Numbered from the stretch's first letter, positions 38,268 through 50,552 are shown. The stretch is DNA of 64,000 bases from a virus (IMGVR_UViG_3300005614_000001:52929-116928); one strand, 5' to 3'. Notes: generated by a model not told the origin, from the letters alone. Numbers and translations: made by a program.

Positions 38268-38603
38268 ATGAAACAGAAAGCAAATAAATTACCAAAAAGG
38301 TTTAAAGAAAGATGGGTAAAGGCTCTCAGAAGTGGGAAGTACAAACAGACTGCTGGACGTCTATACAACAAAGAGGAAGATGGGTATTGCTGTCTGGGAG
38401 TAGCTTGTGCTATTTCAAGAGTCTCCAAGAACAATCTAAGAGGATATATACCTCGTAATATAAAAAAGAAACTTCCTGAAAGCTTTCCTAAAATATTATT
38501 GGAAACGGATGATATGGGAACTACAGTCAGAAAATTAATTAGAATGAATGATAATGGAAAAAGTTTCAAATACATTTCCTACTATATTGATCGGTATTTA
38601 TAA
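38268..38603 (+). CDS. Early protein, W..ALRSG.Y.Q / CCLGV family (copy 2)
   Basis: RWVKALRSGKYKQ...YCCLGV...MND..KSF. Confidence 0.7.
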   Translation: MKQKANKLPKRFKERWVKALRSGKYKQTAGRLYNKEEDGYCCLGVACAISRVSKNNLRGYIPRNIKKKLPESFPKILLETDDMGTTVRKLIRMNDNGKSFKYISYYIDRYL

Positions 38604-38623
38604 TAACCATAAAAATTTATATT

Positions 38624-39067
38624 ATGAATAAGAAACCAACATACCAGGAACAGTTTAATAAACTGACTGAGGCTTATATATCAAATAAAGTTGATCCATA
38701 CTATGGATGTGGCTGCTTTGTGGGCAATCTTTTAAATGGAAAGGGGAATTGGGAATTGGGAAGAGAGATGCTTATCTGGCATAGAAGTAAAGAATATGGC
38801 TATCAAATAAGTCCTAAAGGGTTACATCACACCCTTTTAGTACTTCAGGAAGAATGTGATAGTCTATACACTCCCAGAGAGATATTTGAACTGGAGAAGA
38901 AATTTCTCAGGTGTTATAATAGTCTGAAAGACCAGGATGGTGAAGAGGAAGCCTTATTTAAAGCATTTGAAACCACTCTTGACCTATTAAAAGAAATACA
39001 TATCTCTAAAGGAGAGATAATAGATACCATTCCGGTATTTACAAAGAGACAATTAATTCATCAATAA
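38624..39067 (+). CDS. Hypothetical early protein
   Basis: 147 aa; CGCFVGNL motif. Confidence 0.6.
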   Translation: MNKKPTYQEQFNKLTEAYISNKVDPYYGCGCFVGNLLNGKGNWELGREMLIWHRSKEYGYQISPKGLHHTLLVLQEECDSLYTPREIFELEKKFLRCYNSLKDQDGEEEALFKAFETTLDLLKEIHISKGEIIDTIPVFTKRQLIHQ

Positions 39068-39075
39068 TCTTGTTA

Positions 39076-39172
39076 AAAATACACCCTGTTTATGATTTAC
39101 TTAGATGGGCAGGCAAGTAAGCAAATCCACGGGCCCATATTCCTAGAGTGGTATATAAACAGGGTGTATTTT
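39076..39172 (+). ncRNA. Candidate structured RNA (three-way junction with kissing loops)
   Basis: 18-bp perfect closing stem, two internal hairpins, complementary loops ATGGGC/GCCCAT. Confidence 0.45.
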
Positions 39173-39298
39173 GTTAAATAATCATAAAATCTTATTAATT
39201 ATGTCAAACATTATATTCTTATGTTATAAAGAACCTACAATATCATATACTGATAATACTCCATATTGTGGAGATTTTTAACTATTAAATAATCTATT

Positions 39299-42200
39299 AT
39301 GCACACAATTATTGTTTTATCTATTATAATTCTCTATCTTATTGGGTTTGTTATTAGTTATATACTTGTCCGGCATATATTAAAGAGACATATTAAAGAG
39401 ACAGAAAGAGGTGATTATGATTGGTTTGATGTATTTCTTTGCTTTATACTTGGGACTTTTTCCTGGATAGGAGTGATTATTATCTCTTTAATGGAGATAT
39501 TGGAATGGATTGGAACTAAAGTTAAATCTAAACCCCCTAAATGGTTGTAAAATGGAACAACAAACCACAAATTGTGTTTATCAATGGAAAGGTGATGTAT
39601 GGAAAGGTGAATATCCTATTGAAACATGCTGCAAACCAGCTACTCATAAACACAGTACAGGGCTACCGTTATGCCGCAAACATTATAATAAAACCCTCCA
39701 GGGAACTATAAGTACTCATGCCTGGAGGCATAAGAAATGTAAATCTAAAAACAATGAAAAGCATATCAGCAGAACAGATGGGAAATATATCTGACTTCCA
39801 CCAGAGATGGTCAGATCCTGATACAATAGAATTTGAGGAGGTAATGAAGAAAATGGAAGAAGAAGCCTCAAAGGGGAGATATGATTTCTGGTTTCCCGGA
39901 ATATTACGAAAATTGGTTAGAAAAGAACTGGAATCTCTGGGTTATAAAGTAGGAATAGATGTAGGGAAAAATTCTACTTATACACAGATACATTGGATGA
40001 AATAAGATCACATTTAGCATTTTAAGCTACATTACAGACCTTTCTTACATTCAGGGAAGGATATATACCTCTTATATTAAATAACAGCCTTAAACAGTAT
40101 TTAAATAACAATTAAAAAAAAATAAAATGAAAATATTTAAAGTTGAGAGACCACAAGATGATAATATAAACTATGATGAATTTGATGCTCATATAGTTGT
40201 TGCCAATTCCTGGGAGGAAGCATTAGAAATTGCAATAAAAACAGGAGATAATGGCCCATCCCCCGAAAGTATGAAGGTATTAGAAATAGGAAACTATACA
40301 GGAGGCGAGAAAGAACCATTTATATTATTATCATCTTATAATGCAGGATAAATAATTATTCTAACAATTAAAAACTTATTATTATGTCAATGTTAATATT
40401 AATTATTATCCTGATAGTTGCCGGTGCAGAAAATAGGAAGGGCAAACTAAAATTATAGAAATGAAAAAAGTACTTTTTTTCTTCATCTTAGGGACATTTA
40501 TCACCTATAGCGGAATATTTTGCCTTATTTTATCTCTCATAGCACATTATCTGAAAGATTCCAAAGGAAGGTTATTACAAATAATAGGAGAGAAGATTTA
40601 TAACCCTTTATTTGACTTTGGAGTAGTAGCAGCTCTAACAGGATTAGGTTTAGTAATATTATCTTTCTTATTAATGATAGTGGTGGTATTAATTAATAAT
40701 CAATAACAACAAATTATAAACAGATAAAAATTACTAATTATGACAAAAACTATTATAATAGGAGAAAAAAATAAAGAAACTCCTAATAAACCAATACAGT
40801 TTAGCAGCTTCTTAACTAATACTGCTTCCCTATCTAGTTCTGTTATAGAACCAACAGAGTTCCAGTTTATTGAACTTATTTGCAGAAACTATACTGTAAA
40901 TGGAGAGGATCTCATGTTTGCATATGATAGTGAATCAGAAAGAAATAGAGGAGCCCTTTATTTGGGCAAATGGAATTCAGGGAAAGTTGATTTACAATTC
41001 TAATAACTACACAACAAAATTATTAATACATGAAAAAAGCTTCAATAGTAGAAGAAAAACAAGTAATAGACTACCGGACTGCAGAAAACATGTACGGTAA
41101 AGTAATAACGCAAGGAATGTGGTTAAGAAGTATTTATACAAATGATGAAGTAGTTGTATGTACTGAAGATAGTTCCATTAATCGCAATTCTTTTGAAGGT
41201 GTGCATATCTCTGGAGTATTTCAGGGAGTAAAAAGTTTCAATTTAGGGAAGGCAAGTTTCACTGAATTTGAAGGGAAAATAGCTTATTAACATTTTAAAT
41301 CATTAATACATGAAACAAATAACAATATTCTGTAAAGGATCAGAATTAGCCGGGAAGTTACAAGACTACAACTCCAGGGAAATATTGGCTATTAAAGATA
41401 TTTATAACCCTGAAGATATAGAGAGGGATTATGTAATATTTTTATCATTTTAATATAGTAAATAGTACAATTTATAGTAGAATATATCATATTTTATTAT
41501 CTTTTGTACTATTTATTTTATCTATTCATATCTATTTATATACATTTGTAATTAAAAATCATAAAGCATGACAAAAGAAGAATCATTTCTATTAGATATG
41601 CTGGCTTATTATACAGTAGACCCACAAGCCAGGAGGAATTATGTAGAAGATACTGGTCTTAGTACCTGTAAATATGCTCCACTCAAGGAAACTTCAGAAG
41701 GATGTGCTATTGGCAGACATCTTCCATTAGAAGTAGCATTAGAATGGGATAAGGTAGATATTTTATATTGTGACGAGGAAGAGGAAGAATGTTTACACTT
41801 TGAAAGTGTTTATGATGACATAAATTCAGCTATTGATCTTAAACTAATAAAAGATGATAGACCTCCTGTATTAAAAGAGCTGAATAGTGTATTTTTAACA
41901 CGTATTCAAAGTTTGCATGATAATAAGACATGTTGGGATAATGAAAATAAAAGCCTTTCTAAATATGGAAAGAATAGATTATCTGCTATTATTGACAGTT
42001 ACGATATGAATAAAGAACTATTTTCACAATATCTATAAATCACCAGGCTATGATAATATGTACTTCAGGAACTTTAGAAAATAATAAGGGAATATACAGT
42101 AATAAAGATATCCTTACTATAAAACAATTAATAGAAATGATAAACAGATAACTAAAACTTATAATATGTGCTTAACATTATATATAAAAAAAGAAGACAG

Positions 42201-43006
42201 ACATAAATCTAAACAAGAGCTTTCATTAAAATATCGTAAGAGGGCAAATAAAGACATTACTACTTATAAAGTCCTTGTTAAAAATAGTGAAGAGAGGTTA
42301 TTGTCACTATTTAGGGGTAAAAAGTATGACCTTAATTCTCATTATTATCAGGTAGGAAGTTTTGATAAGCAGTTTTCTTTTGCATTATACGAAAACACAT
42401 TTTCTATTTATATAGGGTTACACAGCTATAAAACGTTGTCTATGGCAAAAATTAAAGCTAGATACTCCGCAGATAGAGTAATTATAAAATGTACTATTCC
42501 AAAAGGTAGCTGGTATTATATCAACGCCAAGCACAGAGAATTAGTAAGTAATAACCTAATACTACATGAAATAATATCATAGGTGAACAGATACCTATAA
42601 ACCTTATTTTCCATTCATTTTAAAACTAAATAATATGATAGCAGCAATATTGATCCCTTTAATATTAATAATTCTCTTTATATTCATTCATCTTCAGATT
42701 AAAATAAGTACTCATCATGAAATGGTAAGCTCTTTTTGTACTAAGTTCTATAAAGTTCCTTATGAAATATTTGAAAAAGAATTTAATAAAGTTGATTGGA
42801 GGATACTGGAAGGTTATAAATCATTAGAAGGATATAATTATTTTAGTACTAAGTTTCATACTTCTATTATAGAAATAAATAACATAGGGTATTGGATCAC
42901 TGGTATGGGGTATTTAAAAGCCCTTAAATTAAGAGATAAGAAGCTAAAAGAACTTGGGTATAATCCAAGGGTTAATCCAAAAGAGATAAAATATCCACAA
43001 AACTAG
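39299..43006 (+). other. Cluster of small early hypothetical ORFs (39299-39550, 39510-39794, 39718-40005, 40127-40351, 40461-40706, 40740-41003, 41030-41290, 41568-42038, 42166-42582, 42635-43006), several membrane-anchored
   Basis: Co-directional ORFs with AT-rich Bacteroidota-type leaders; TACATTTG promoter element at 41541-41548. Confidence 0.6.
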
Positions 43007-43024
43007 CTAAAAACTAATAATTAT

Positions 43025-43882
43025 ATGAAACATACTATAAAAAATGACTTAAAGAAAGCGGATACAGGATGTTATCTTCTTCTTAACATATTATTTGGCG
43101 ATGCTCAAAGACATGCAATGTGTTATGGGTTAGCTATTAAATCCGGGTTGGGAGTTACTTATTCAGCTATTAGCTATGCTGAAGAGAATGAAAATGTCTA
43201 TTACCTGGGTGGAAATGAAATAGGGAGTGAGAAAGGTTTATACTCTCAACTGCTGCAGGCCATGGGGAGCGATCAGCTTATAAGAACCAGCAGGGATAAA
43301 ATGATTGCTGCTATAGAAAATATAATAGATAATTGTGGGGAAGATAAAGAACCTCTTATCATTATAGACAATGCAAGCCTGTTGTCATTAGATGCTCTTT
43401 ATGCAGCTACAAAGCTTTATAAAAGGCTTATAAATAAATGTGGACTGGTGATAATGGGAACTGATAATTTGAGGGAAAGAATAATAGATGAAGTCAGACA
43501 ATCTGATGAAAAGTATAGTGAAATATACAATACTATAGGCAGGAGATTTGTTACTTTAGGAACTAGGGGACCAAAAGATGTAGAACTTATATGCAGAGCA
43601 AATGGAGTAAAAGATGAAAAGGTTATAGAAAGAATAAAAAATGATACAAGCCATTTAGGAGGGGTAAAAGCAATGATAGAAGACTATAAAGAACAGCAGG
43701 CTCTTGATAAAGCAGCAGAAAGAGTTCCAGTCACTACTGGTAAAAAGTTCCCAGAAGAAGATTATGAAGAAACTCTGATACTGGAAGCCTATAGGGAATT
43801 AATGTCAAATAATTTACACATGTCAGATACCGGGCTAAAGTTAAAAGAATACCTGGTAGCAACTAAAATACTCCCAAGATAA
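43025..43882 (+). CDS. MuB/ExeA-like AAA+ ATPase homologue with degenerate Walker motifs
   Basis: KSGLGVTYS (Walker A lacking K), PLIIIDNA (Walker B lacking E), CGLVIMGT, EIYNTIGRRF, DVELICRANGV. Confidence 0.7.
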   Translation: MKHTIKNDLKKADTGCYLLLNILFGDAQRHAMCYGLAIKSGLGVTYSAISYAEENENVYYLGGNEIGSEKGLYSQLLQAMGSDQLIRTSRDKMIAAIENIIDNCGEDKEPLIIIDNASLLSLDALYAATKLYKRLINKCGLVIMGTDNLRERIIDEVRQSDEKYSEIYNTIGRRFVTLGTRGPKDVELICRANGVKDEKVIERIKNDTSHLGGVKAMIEDYKEQQALDKAAERVPVTTGKKFPEEDYEETLILEAYRELMSNNLHMSDTGLKLKEYLVATKILPR

Positions 43883-44062
43883 CTATTTAAAAACTAATAA
43901 ATTATGAAACTACATATCATACAACATACAGAATATGGAATGGATACAACCATTCAGTATATAAGCAGTAAGCTCTCTTATGCGGAGGTGATAGCTTTAT
44001 TTGAAGTAGCATGGTTGGCTGCATTATTTACAGGCCAACATCCTGAATTAAATTAAAACATT

Positions 44063-46635
44063 ATGGAAATACAAGTAACAGAATGTGATAATTGCCCTTT
44101 TTGTCAATATAATGAAACTAGGTCAGGAGCAACTTGTGGTATTGATTTTCAACTTAATATAAAAATTCGTTACATGGAAGAAGACTATAGTAATGACCAC
44201 AAAATTATAACTCCTACATGGTGTCTATTAAAGAAAGAATCTATAACTATACAATTTAAAGAACAAAAAGATGGAACTGACTAAAGAGAATAGATTGAGG
44301 ATATATAAAGAAATGATTTCTATATATAACCAAAAAAGTCTTAGCAGATGTGTTATAAGTAATTATGGCTTCTGTAAAGTGTTAGATATAGCTTTGGCTA
44401 ACTTGCAAACCAATTGGAAAGAATGGGTCTATATTTCTGAACTTGATGAGTTAGAAGAATATAAACCATATAAACAAGACATTTGTCTTTTTTGGTTTAA
44501 TACATGGTATGGAGGAATGATAAAGAGAAAGCGTATTTTAAAGAAAATCATTAAACAAATAGAAAATGGAAATTAATGTATTTAAACCAGGGGATAAGGT
44601 AATTCTCTCCAATCAAGGAGAACCAATAGGATGGGAGAAAGAAGATTATACAAAATGTTCTTCAGATCTGGAACTGGGAGGAGAATATACAGTAGGTTCA
44701 TATCTATATATAAATAATGAAATCCCAATAGTAGATTTAAAAGAAGACTTGTGGAAATACAAATTTCACCCAAATCATTTCACTTTAAAATCTTAAATAT
44801 CATGAGCAATCAAATATATCCGGGAGATGAAGTTATATGTATAGATGATAGTACATCAACAAATACACCAACAAGGTTAAAAAAAGGAGAAAAATATATT
44901 GTAAATAGTATCCATAGATCAAATTGTTGTAAAGTAGTAGTTATAACTGTAGGGATAAAGGCAGTAGGTTATAGTCAAATTTGTAGAAGTTGTGGTAAGG
45001 TAGCTCATGCATATGAACCGGGTACAGAACTTTGGTTTAATATAAAAAGGTTTGCTAAAGTAGATAATTCATTATCAGAAACCACAATAGAACAGATATT
45101 AGAAGAACCACAAACAGTATTAAAATAAAAGATATATGAATAATTTAAAATTAGCAGCCTTGATATTCACATTTGTAGTATCAATAACATGTTCAATTAT
45201 AACTATTGCTGAATCGTATTATGTATTTAGCAATATATATACAGAAAATAAAGAAAACATAGAAGATTACATTTTTCACAGCAGAATGGGGACGGGGTTT
45301 ATGTATATATCCATACTTTTCTGGTTCTTATTTGTAGCATTAAACACATAAAATCATGACACAATTACTAATAACATCATCTCTTATCCTGGTACTGGTA
45401 TTAACATACCTGGTATATAGTGGAAAAGATACAAGGAATAGGTACTATATAGTGGAAATACCAGTACATCTCCCTGTAGGGGATAATATCCTTACACAAG
45501 TAGATATAAAAATGTATTCCCAACAGCAGTATAAAGATCTTTCTATTAATGAGTGGAAGATTTTACATACCGGGAATTATCAGGAATGTTTATCTTTATT
45601 CCATCAATTAATATAAAATGAGCCAACTACAAAGAGTAACTAAAGAACAAGCTGTAAAGCTGAAAGAAGCGGGGTTTAATTGGAAGTGTGGATATTATTA
45701 TGATACTTCAGGGGACGACCTAAACGATAAATTATGTATGGATAATCATAATAGAGATATAGAATATTGGTCTGCTCCTGAATTAGACCTTGCCTGCAAA
45801 TTCTTACGCGAAGTAAAGGGTATAGACATAAATCCAATACTTAATACTCCTTGGGGTAAATACAAACAAGATTGGGCACATGATTTTATGGCTCAACCAC
45901 AAATCTAAAACCATGATACCAGAACAGATAAAACAACTTGCAGCTTTGAACTATTCTGCTAAATATATTAATCCTGAAAATGGAGACACGGTAATAACTG
46001 CTGATACTACTGAGGCAGAAGCATTCATCAAAGGCTACACCACCTGTCAACAGACAGAGGCAGCAGAATTACAGAAGGAGATAGAAAGGCTGAAGGGGCT
46101 TATCGAGTTTTCTTACAGATGCGACCAAAGAGATATGGGCATACACGAAGATGAAATAGACCATAGTTGGGAATACTACAAACAACAAAACAATCTCTAA
46201 CACAATAAATAAAATGTAATGGTACAGCCGCAAGAATTAAGAATTGGGAATTATGTAACAGTAACTAATCTTAATGGTTATTACAAAGTAGTGGGGATTG
46301 ATAAATTAAATAATGATTTACTTCCAATAGTTTCAAACAATTCGAATGAAATAAAAGTAGTTAAACACGTATTGTCACCCATTCTCCTTACTCCTGAAAT
46401 ATTGGAGAAAGTTGGGTTTGAAGAATATTCAAGAAGTGAGTATTATATCAATTATTGGTTAGATAATGGTATTTACTTAGCTTATTGTTTAAAAGGGGAA
46501 GCTAATATAGGATATGGTCATACACCAGGTAACTATTACAGTGAACAGCTATCAAATATACCGATAAATGAATTGCATAGATTACAAAATTGCTATCATT
46601 CGTCCACAGGTCAAGAACTTCAAATAACACTATGA
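44063..46635 (+). other. Cluster of small early hypothetical ORFs (44063-44284, 44271-44576, 44566-44796, 44802-45128, 45136-45351, 45356-45616, 45618-45908, 45913-46200, 46219-46635)
   Basis: Tightly coupled co-directional ORFs; includes CxxC proteins, SH3-like FKPGDKV proteins and an ELRIGNYV family member. Confidence 0.6.
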
Positions 46636-46727
46636 AACTACTCCTAATCCTCACGCTCTTATCCTTCACCACTCAAACACCTCCATAACCAACATTATTA
46701 AACAGAAAGAATTAAAAACTATTTTTT

Positions 46728-47453
46728 ATGATAACAACTAAAGAACAATTACAGAAGACTAAAATAAGGGTAAATTCTCCTGAAGAAAGTAAACGAATAC
46801 AGGAAAGAGCATTTGAATTAGGCTATGGATGGAAGGGGGCAAAAGAGGTTAGACACAGGGGTGTAGAATCATTATATTTTTACCCAGATGGGAGTATAAC
46901 TTACGGAAATCTATCATTGAGTTTTGCAAATAGTAAATTTAAAGAAATTACCCTCCAGGACCTATTTGGAACAGATACTAAAAAAGATAATAATATGAGA
47001 TATAAGCATATTTTTGTAGTACATTCAGAGAATAAAAACCTTCTATTAGCCCTGTATCAGGAAGTATTGGCTTTGGGGAGAACAGAATCGGATGACTGGA
47101 ATAAATGGTATAAAGACAAGGATACATTCACTTATTTACTCTTTTATAAAAGTGGACTGATAGAGTTTCACAACCATGATTGTGGAGTACAAATATTGGA
47201 ACTTCCAAAAGATTGGAATAGAGCTATAGAAATGATGCAGGAAGAAGAAGATAAGTCTCCTATTAAAATAGGAGATTATCTTGCTGAATTTAAACCAGAT
47301 AATAGAGTCCATTTTGGTTGCCAATCATTCACTAAGCAGGATTTGCAGGTAATATATAATCTCTTATCTCCCCCGGTAAATGCAAAGATTAACATTCAGG
47401 GAAGTAATATTACAAGAGAATTAATAGAACAAATAAATAGTAAATTATCATAA
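46728..47453 (+). CDS. Modular early protein (LPxDW / C-terminal GC family)
   Basis: LELPKDWNRA; HFGCQSF. Confidence 0.65.
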   Translation: MITTKEQLQKTKIRVNSPEESKRIQERAFELGYGWKGAKEVRHRGVESLYFYPDGSITYGNLSLSFANSKFKEITLQDLFGTDTKKDNNMRYKHIFVVHSENKNLLLALYQEVLALGRTESDDWNKWYKDKDTFTYLLFYKSGLIEFHNHDCGVQILELPKDWNRAIEMMQEEEDKSPIKIGDYLAEFKPDNRVHFGCQSFTKQDLQVIYNLLSPPVNAKINIQGSNITRELIEQINSKLS

Positions 47454-47459
47454 AATCAT

Positions 47460-47565
47460 AGCCTGCAGGAAGATGTGTACATTCATTTTTAACATTAAAT
47501 CAAATTTTAACCGTTAAGAAGTTTTGTATTAGTCGGGAAACCACATCTACTGCAGGCTTATTTTA
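47460..47565 (+). other. Long intergenic hairpin
   Basis: AGCCTGCAG-GA-AGATGTG ... CACATCT-A-CTGCAGGCT followed by TATTTT. Confidence 0.5.
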
Positions 47566-47770
47566 TCTTTATGAAGTATTTAAGAATAGCCTGGGCCATA
47601 ATTTCTATATTTATTATTCTGTGTATCTATGTAGGGATAATATGTGCTTTATTCCACATTTTTACTATGAAATAACCATAAAAGTTAAACAAATTCACTA
47701 TAAATTAGTATCTTTGTCATTGGTATAAGATTGGTAGTAGTTAAATAGAACAAATTAAAATGCATACAAC

Positions 47771-47974
47771 ATGGAAAGTCCAGCAATGATAATAGAAACA
47801 ATAGACAATACTTATGTTTGTGATAGTATTCACTTTACATATGATGATATAAACCATTGGCAGAATGTAGTAGGGATCACCACAGATATGGATGAGGTGA
47901 ATATTCCTCTAATTGAGGTAAGGTGTATAAAATCAGTGATGACAGAGCCTATAGCTGTTATTAGCTTAAATTAA
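47771..47974 (+). CDS. Hypothetical protein
   Basis: 67 aa; TATCTTTG promoter element at 47709-47716. Confidence 0.5.
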   Translation: MESPAMIIETIDNTYVCDSIHFTYDDINHWQNVVGITTDMDEVNIPLIEVRCIKSVMTEPIAVISLN

Positions 47975-48252
47975 ACAAAATGAAAAGAAAAAATAGACAC
48001 CCAGATTATGAAGAATTAAGAAAACAACATCCGAATAAGAAATTATATAAAATGGCAGTCAGATTAGAAAGTGTCTTATTATCTCAAGATAAGGCTGCTA
48101 TGAGGAAATGGTTTAAAAAGAGGAAGGTTAAAAAGATAATGAGAATAATAAAGATATTAAAATAAAGATTTTTTCTTTCTGTTTATAACACAGTTTACAT
48201 ATTTGTTCATGTGAGCTGTGTTTTTTATTTTTACACAACTAAGTTATAATAT

Positions 48253-48705
48253 ATGATAAAAATGGCTCCCGCTGTAGAAAATGAAATACAGCAGCAAGAA
48301 CAAGCTAAAAAAATAACTACTCCGATAGAATTAACATTTTATAAAGAGGGAAGTACCTGGCTAGCTTATAATAAAGAATTGTGGGAAGGGGGGATGAAAT
48401 ATTCTTGCACTATGGTTGCGGGAACTGATGAGGTCCTAAATATGTTAGCTGAAGGAAATACCAAACTAACCCTCCTGATTTCACAAACATATATAAGAGA
48501 TTATAGAATATACCTTGTTAGTGCAGATGAAGGAGAGTTTGAAGGAGAAACAGGAGGAGATTACTTAGTATCCGGGTATATCAATGAAAACAGAACTTTA
48601 GGCACTTTTGGGGCATATAGGGTATGGCTATGTCAGGTTACTAAGTATATATTTGGATTCTACCCACAAGTAATGTTTGTTAAAGTAATAGATTTAAAAC
48701 CATAA
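48253..48705 (+). CDS. Conserved phage hypothetical protein (DUF6717-like)
   Basis: FYKE..W...MVAGTD...WLCQVT..FG.YP pattern. Confidence 0.5.
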   Translation: MIKMAPAVENEIQQQEQAKKITTPIELTFYKEGSTWLAYNKELWEGGMKYSCTMVAGTDEVLNMLAEGNTKLTLLISQTYIRDYRIYLVSADEGEFEGETGGDYLVSGYINENRTLGTFGAYRVWLCQVTKYIFGFYPQVMFVKVIDLKP

Positions 48706-48707
48706 AA

Positions 48708-49586
48708 ATGAACCAAAAGATTAAAGATCTAAAAGGACAAAAGATAGCTATTCATTGCCCTACAGAACAAGAGGCTGATGAATTAATGAAGATATTATAT
48801 GAAAATGGGTATACATGGGCAGATGGAAAAAATATATATGCACATACAAATAATAGATGGAGAGTTAATAAACAAGAAACTTGTTATAGCTTAAATTGAT
48901 TATACCTTGGTCCTATTACCTTTTTTGAAAAAGAAAAATACAAAATAATAACCTTTAAAGAATTTAAACGACAATATATGAAAGCAGAAAAACCGCAATC
49001 ATTCTCTATAGAAGGAACCCCATCTTTAATAAAAGCTATGTGGGAGGAAATGAAAGCTATAGGGTATACCTCAAGTTCTAATGAGAAAGATCCTAGAAAG
49101 AGTTGGGTTAAATTAAGTCAAAATTCTGGTGAAAAATACATAAAGAATATAGAAATGTATAAAAGTATATTTATATCTTATAAAGATCAGGAAGGGCAGA
49201 GTTGTTCTTTAAATTTTAAACTCCCTGAACAATGGAATGAAGCCCTGCAGTATGTAAAAGATGCTTACAATTCTTCATATTGGGAAGAAAGACAGAAGAA
49301 AGACTGTGAAACTATTACTGTTGGTAGTCAGGATGTAAAAGTAACTATATACTGTGATGGAAGTATTGACTATAACCACAAAAAGAAATTTGTAGGAATT
49401 ATTTATATAGATACTGTAAAAGAAATAATAAGTAAATATTCAAGAATCTCTTTAGAAGTAGATGAATATACTTCTACTGCTGATACTAATATACGTTTTA
49501 TAAGAATTGGGTGTACTACTGAAAATAACCGATTTTCTATAAATGATCTGCAGAATATAGTGAGAGTATATAACGATTTACAATAG
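48708..49586 (+). CDS. Modular early protein split by one in-frame TGA (63 aa + 26 codons + 202 aa)
   Basis: 48708-48899 and 48978-49586 share a frame, and the intervening codons are open and protein-like. Confidence 0.6.
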
Positions 49587-49639
49587 ACAATAAAAATAAA
49601 TTATAAATAACTATTTTTAACAAATAAAACAGAAAGAAA

Positions 49640-50014
49640 ATGAAAAAGTTAACAAAGATTGATGGAAAGTTCTGTATAGTAGAAACAGAATTAGTATTAT
49701 CTTCTATCCCCTCTAATATAGGGAAGATGGAAAATGTAATAGAAAATAAAGCTCATCCCTATCCATCCAGGGAAACAGAGCAGCTTTATTTCAGAAATGG
49801 AAGATACAACCCTGCTGCCTCTAACAGGAGAGAGGTTGAAATAAAAGCTGCTATAAAGAATAAGCCAGTGTATTCTACTCCTCTAACCACCATGCACAGA
49901 GATAATAACACTACTATCAGGCCGAACCCACAAATGGCTAAAGCAGCTCTTCACACTCTAAAGTTTTCATCCATCCTTATAGATAAGATAGCTAAGGAAA
50001 AACACATGATATAA
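49640..50014 (+). CDS. Hypothetical protein
   Basis: 124 aa, basic. Confidence 0.5.
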   Translation: MKKLTKIDGKFCIVETELVLSSIPSNIGKMENVIENKAHPYPSRETEQLYFRNGRYNPAASNRREVEIKAAIKNKPVYSTPLTTMHRDNNTTIRPNPQMAKAALHTLKFSSILIDKIAKEKHMI

Positions 50015-50015
50015 T

Positions 50016-50552
50016 ATGGAACTAACTAATGAAATAAAACTAAAAATATTTTCAAACTATATAGGGTGTAGAGTAAAGTACATTGGCACAGACGGAGAGT
50101 ATAAAGAAGGAATGTCTGACACAAACAAGGATGACTACAACTATCGGTTTATATTAACTGGTATTAAAAAAGATAACCACTGGTGCACTACTGCACTATT
50201 TGGTGACATATTAAATAGGGAAGATTTGGTAGTTGATACAAACATAGAAACAGATATTAATGATTGCAAACTTATCCTTACTCCATTATCTGAAATAACA
50301 GATGAAGATGCTATTGAACTTACAAATATATTAGGCTGGAAGGGATTAAATAGTGGTGAAGCAAAAGCTCTATTTGGATTATTTTTCCTTATTAAAAGTA
50401 ATGACAATCTCAAAAGCCAGTTACTATATGATCTAAATGATATCTGCATGGTATATGATTATCTCCGCTTCAAAGGCTACATGGTTCCATATATGGGTAT
50501 TGATCTCTATGAAGCCGGAATAGCAATTAAACCAATAAAATATGGAAAATAA
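50016..50552 (+). CDS. YopX-like Bacteroidota phage protein
   Basis: CKLILTPLSEITDEDA...DYLRFKGY motif. Confidence 0.5.
   Translation: MELTNEIKLKIFSNYIGCRVKYIGTDGEYKEGMSDTNKDDYNYRFILTGIKKDNHWCTTALFGDILNREDLVVDTNIETDINDCKLILTPLSEITDEDAIELTNILGWKGLNSGEAKALFGLFFLIKSNDNLKSQLLYDLNDICMVYDYLRFKGYMVPYMGIDLYEAGIAIKPIKYGK

Noticed and set aside
39076-39172. Hammerhead ribozyme or c-di-GMP riboswitch assignment
   Set aside because: Core consensus (CUGAUGA/GAAA, or the GEMM tetraloop-receptor) is not found; left unassigned
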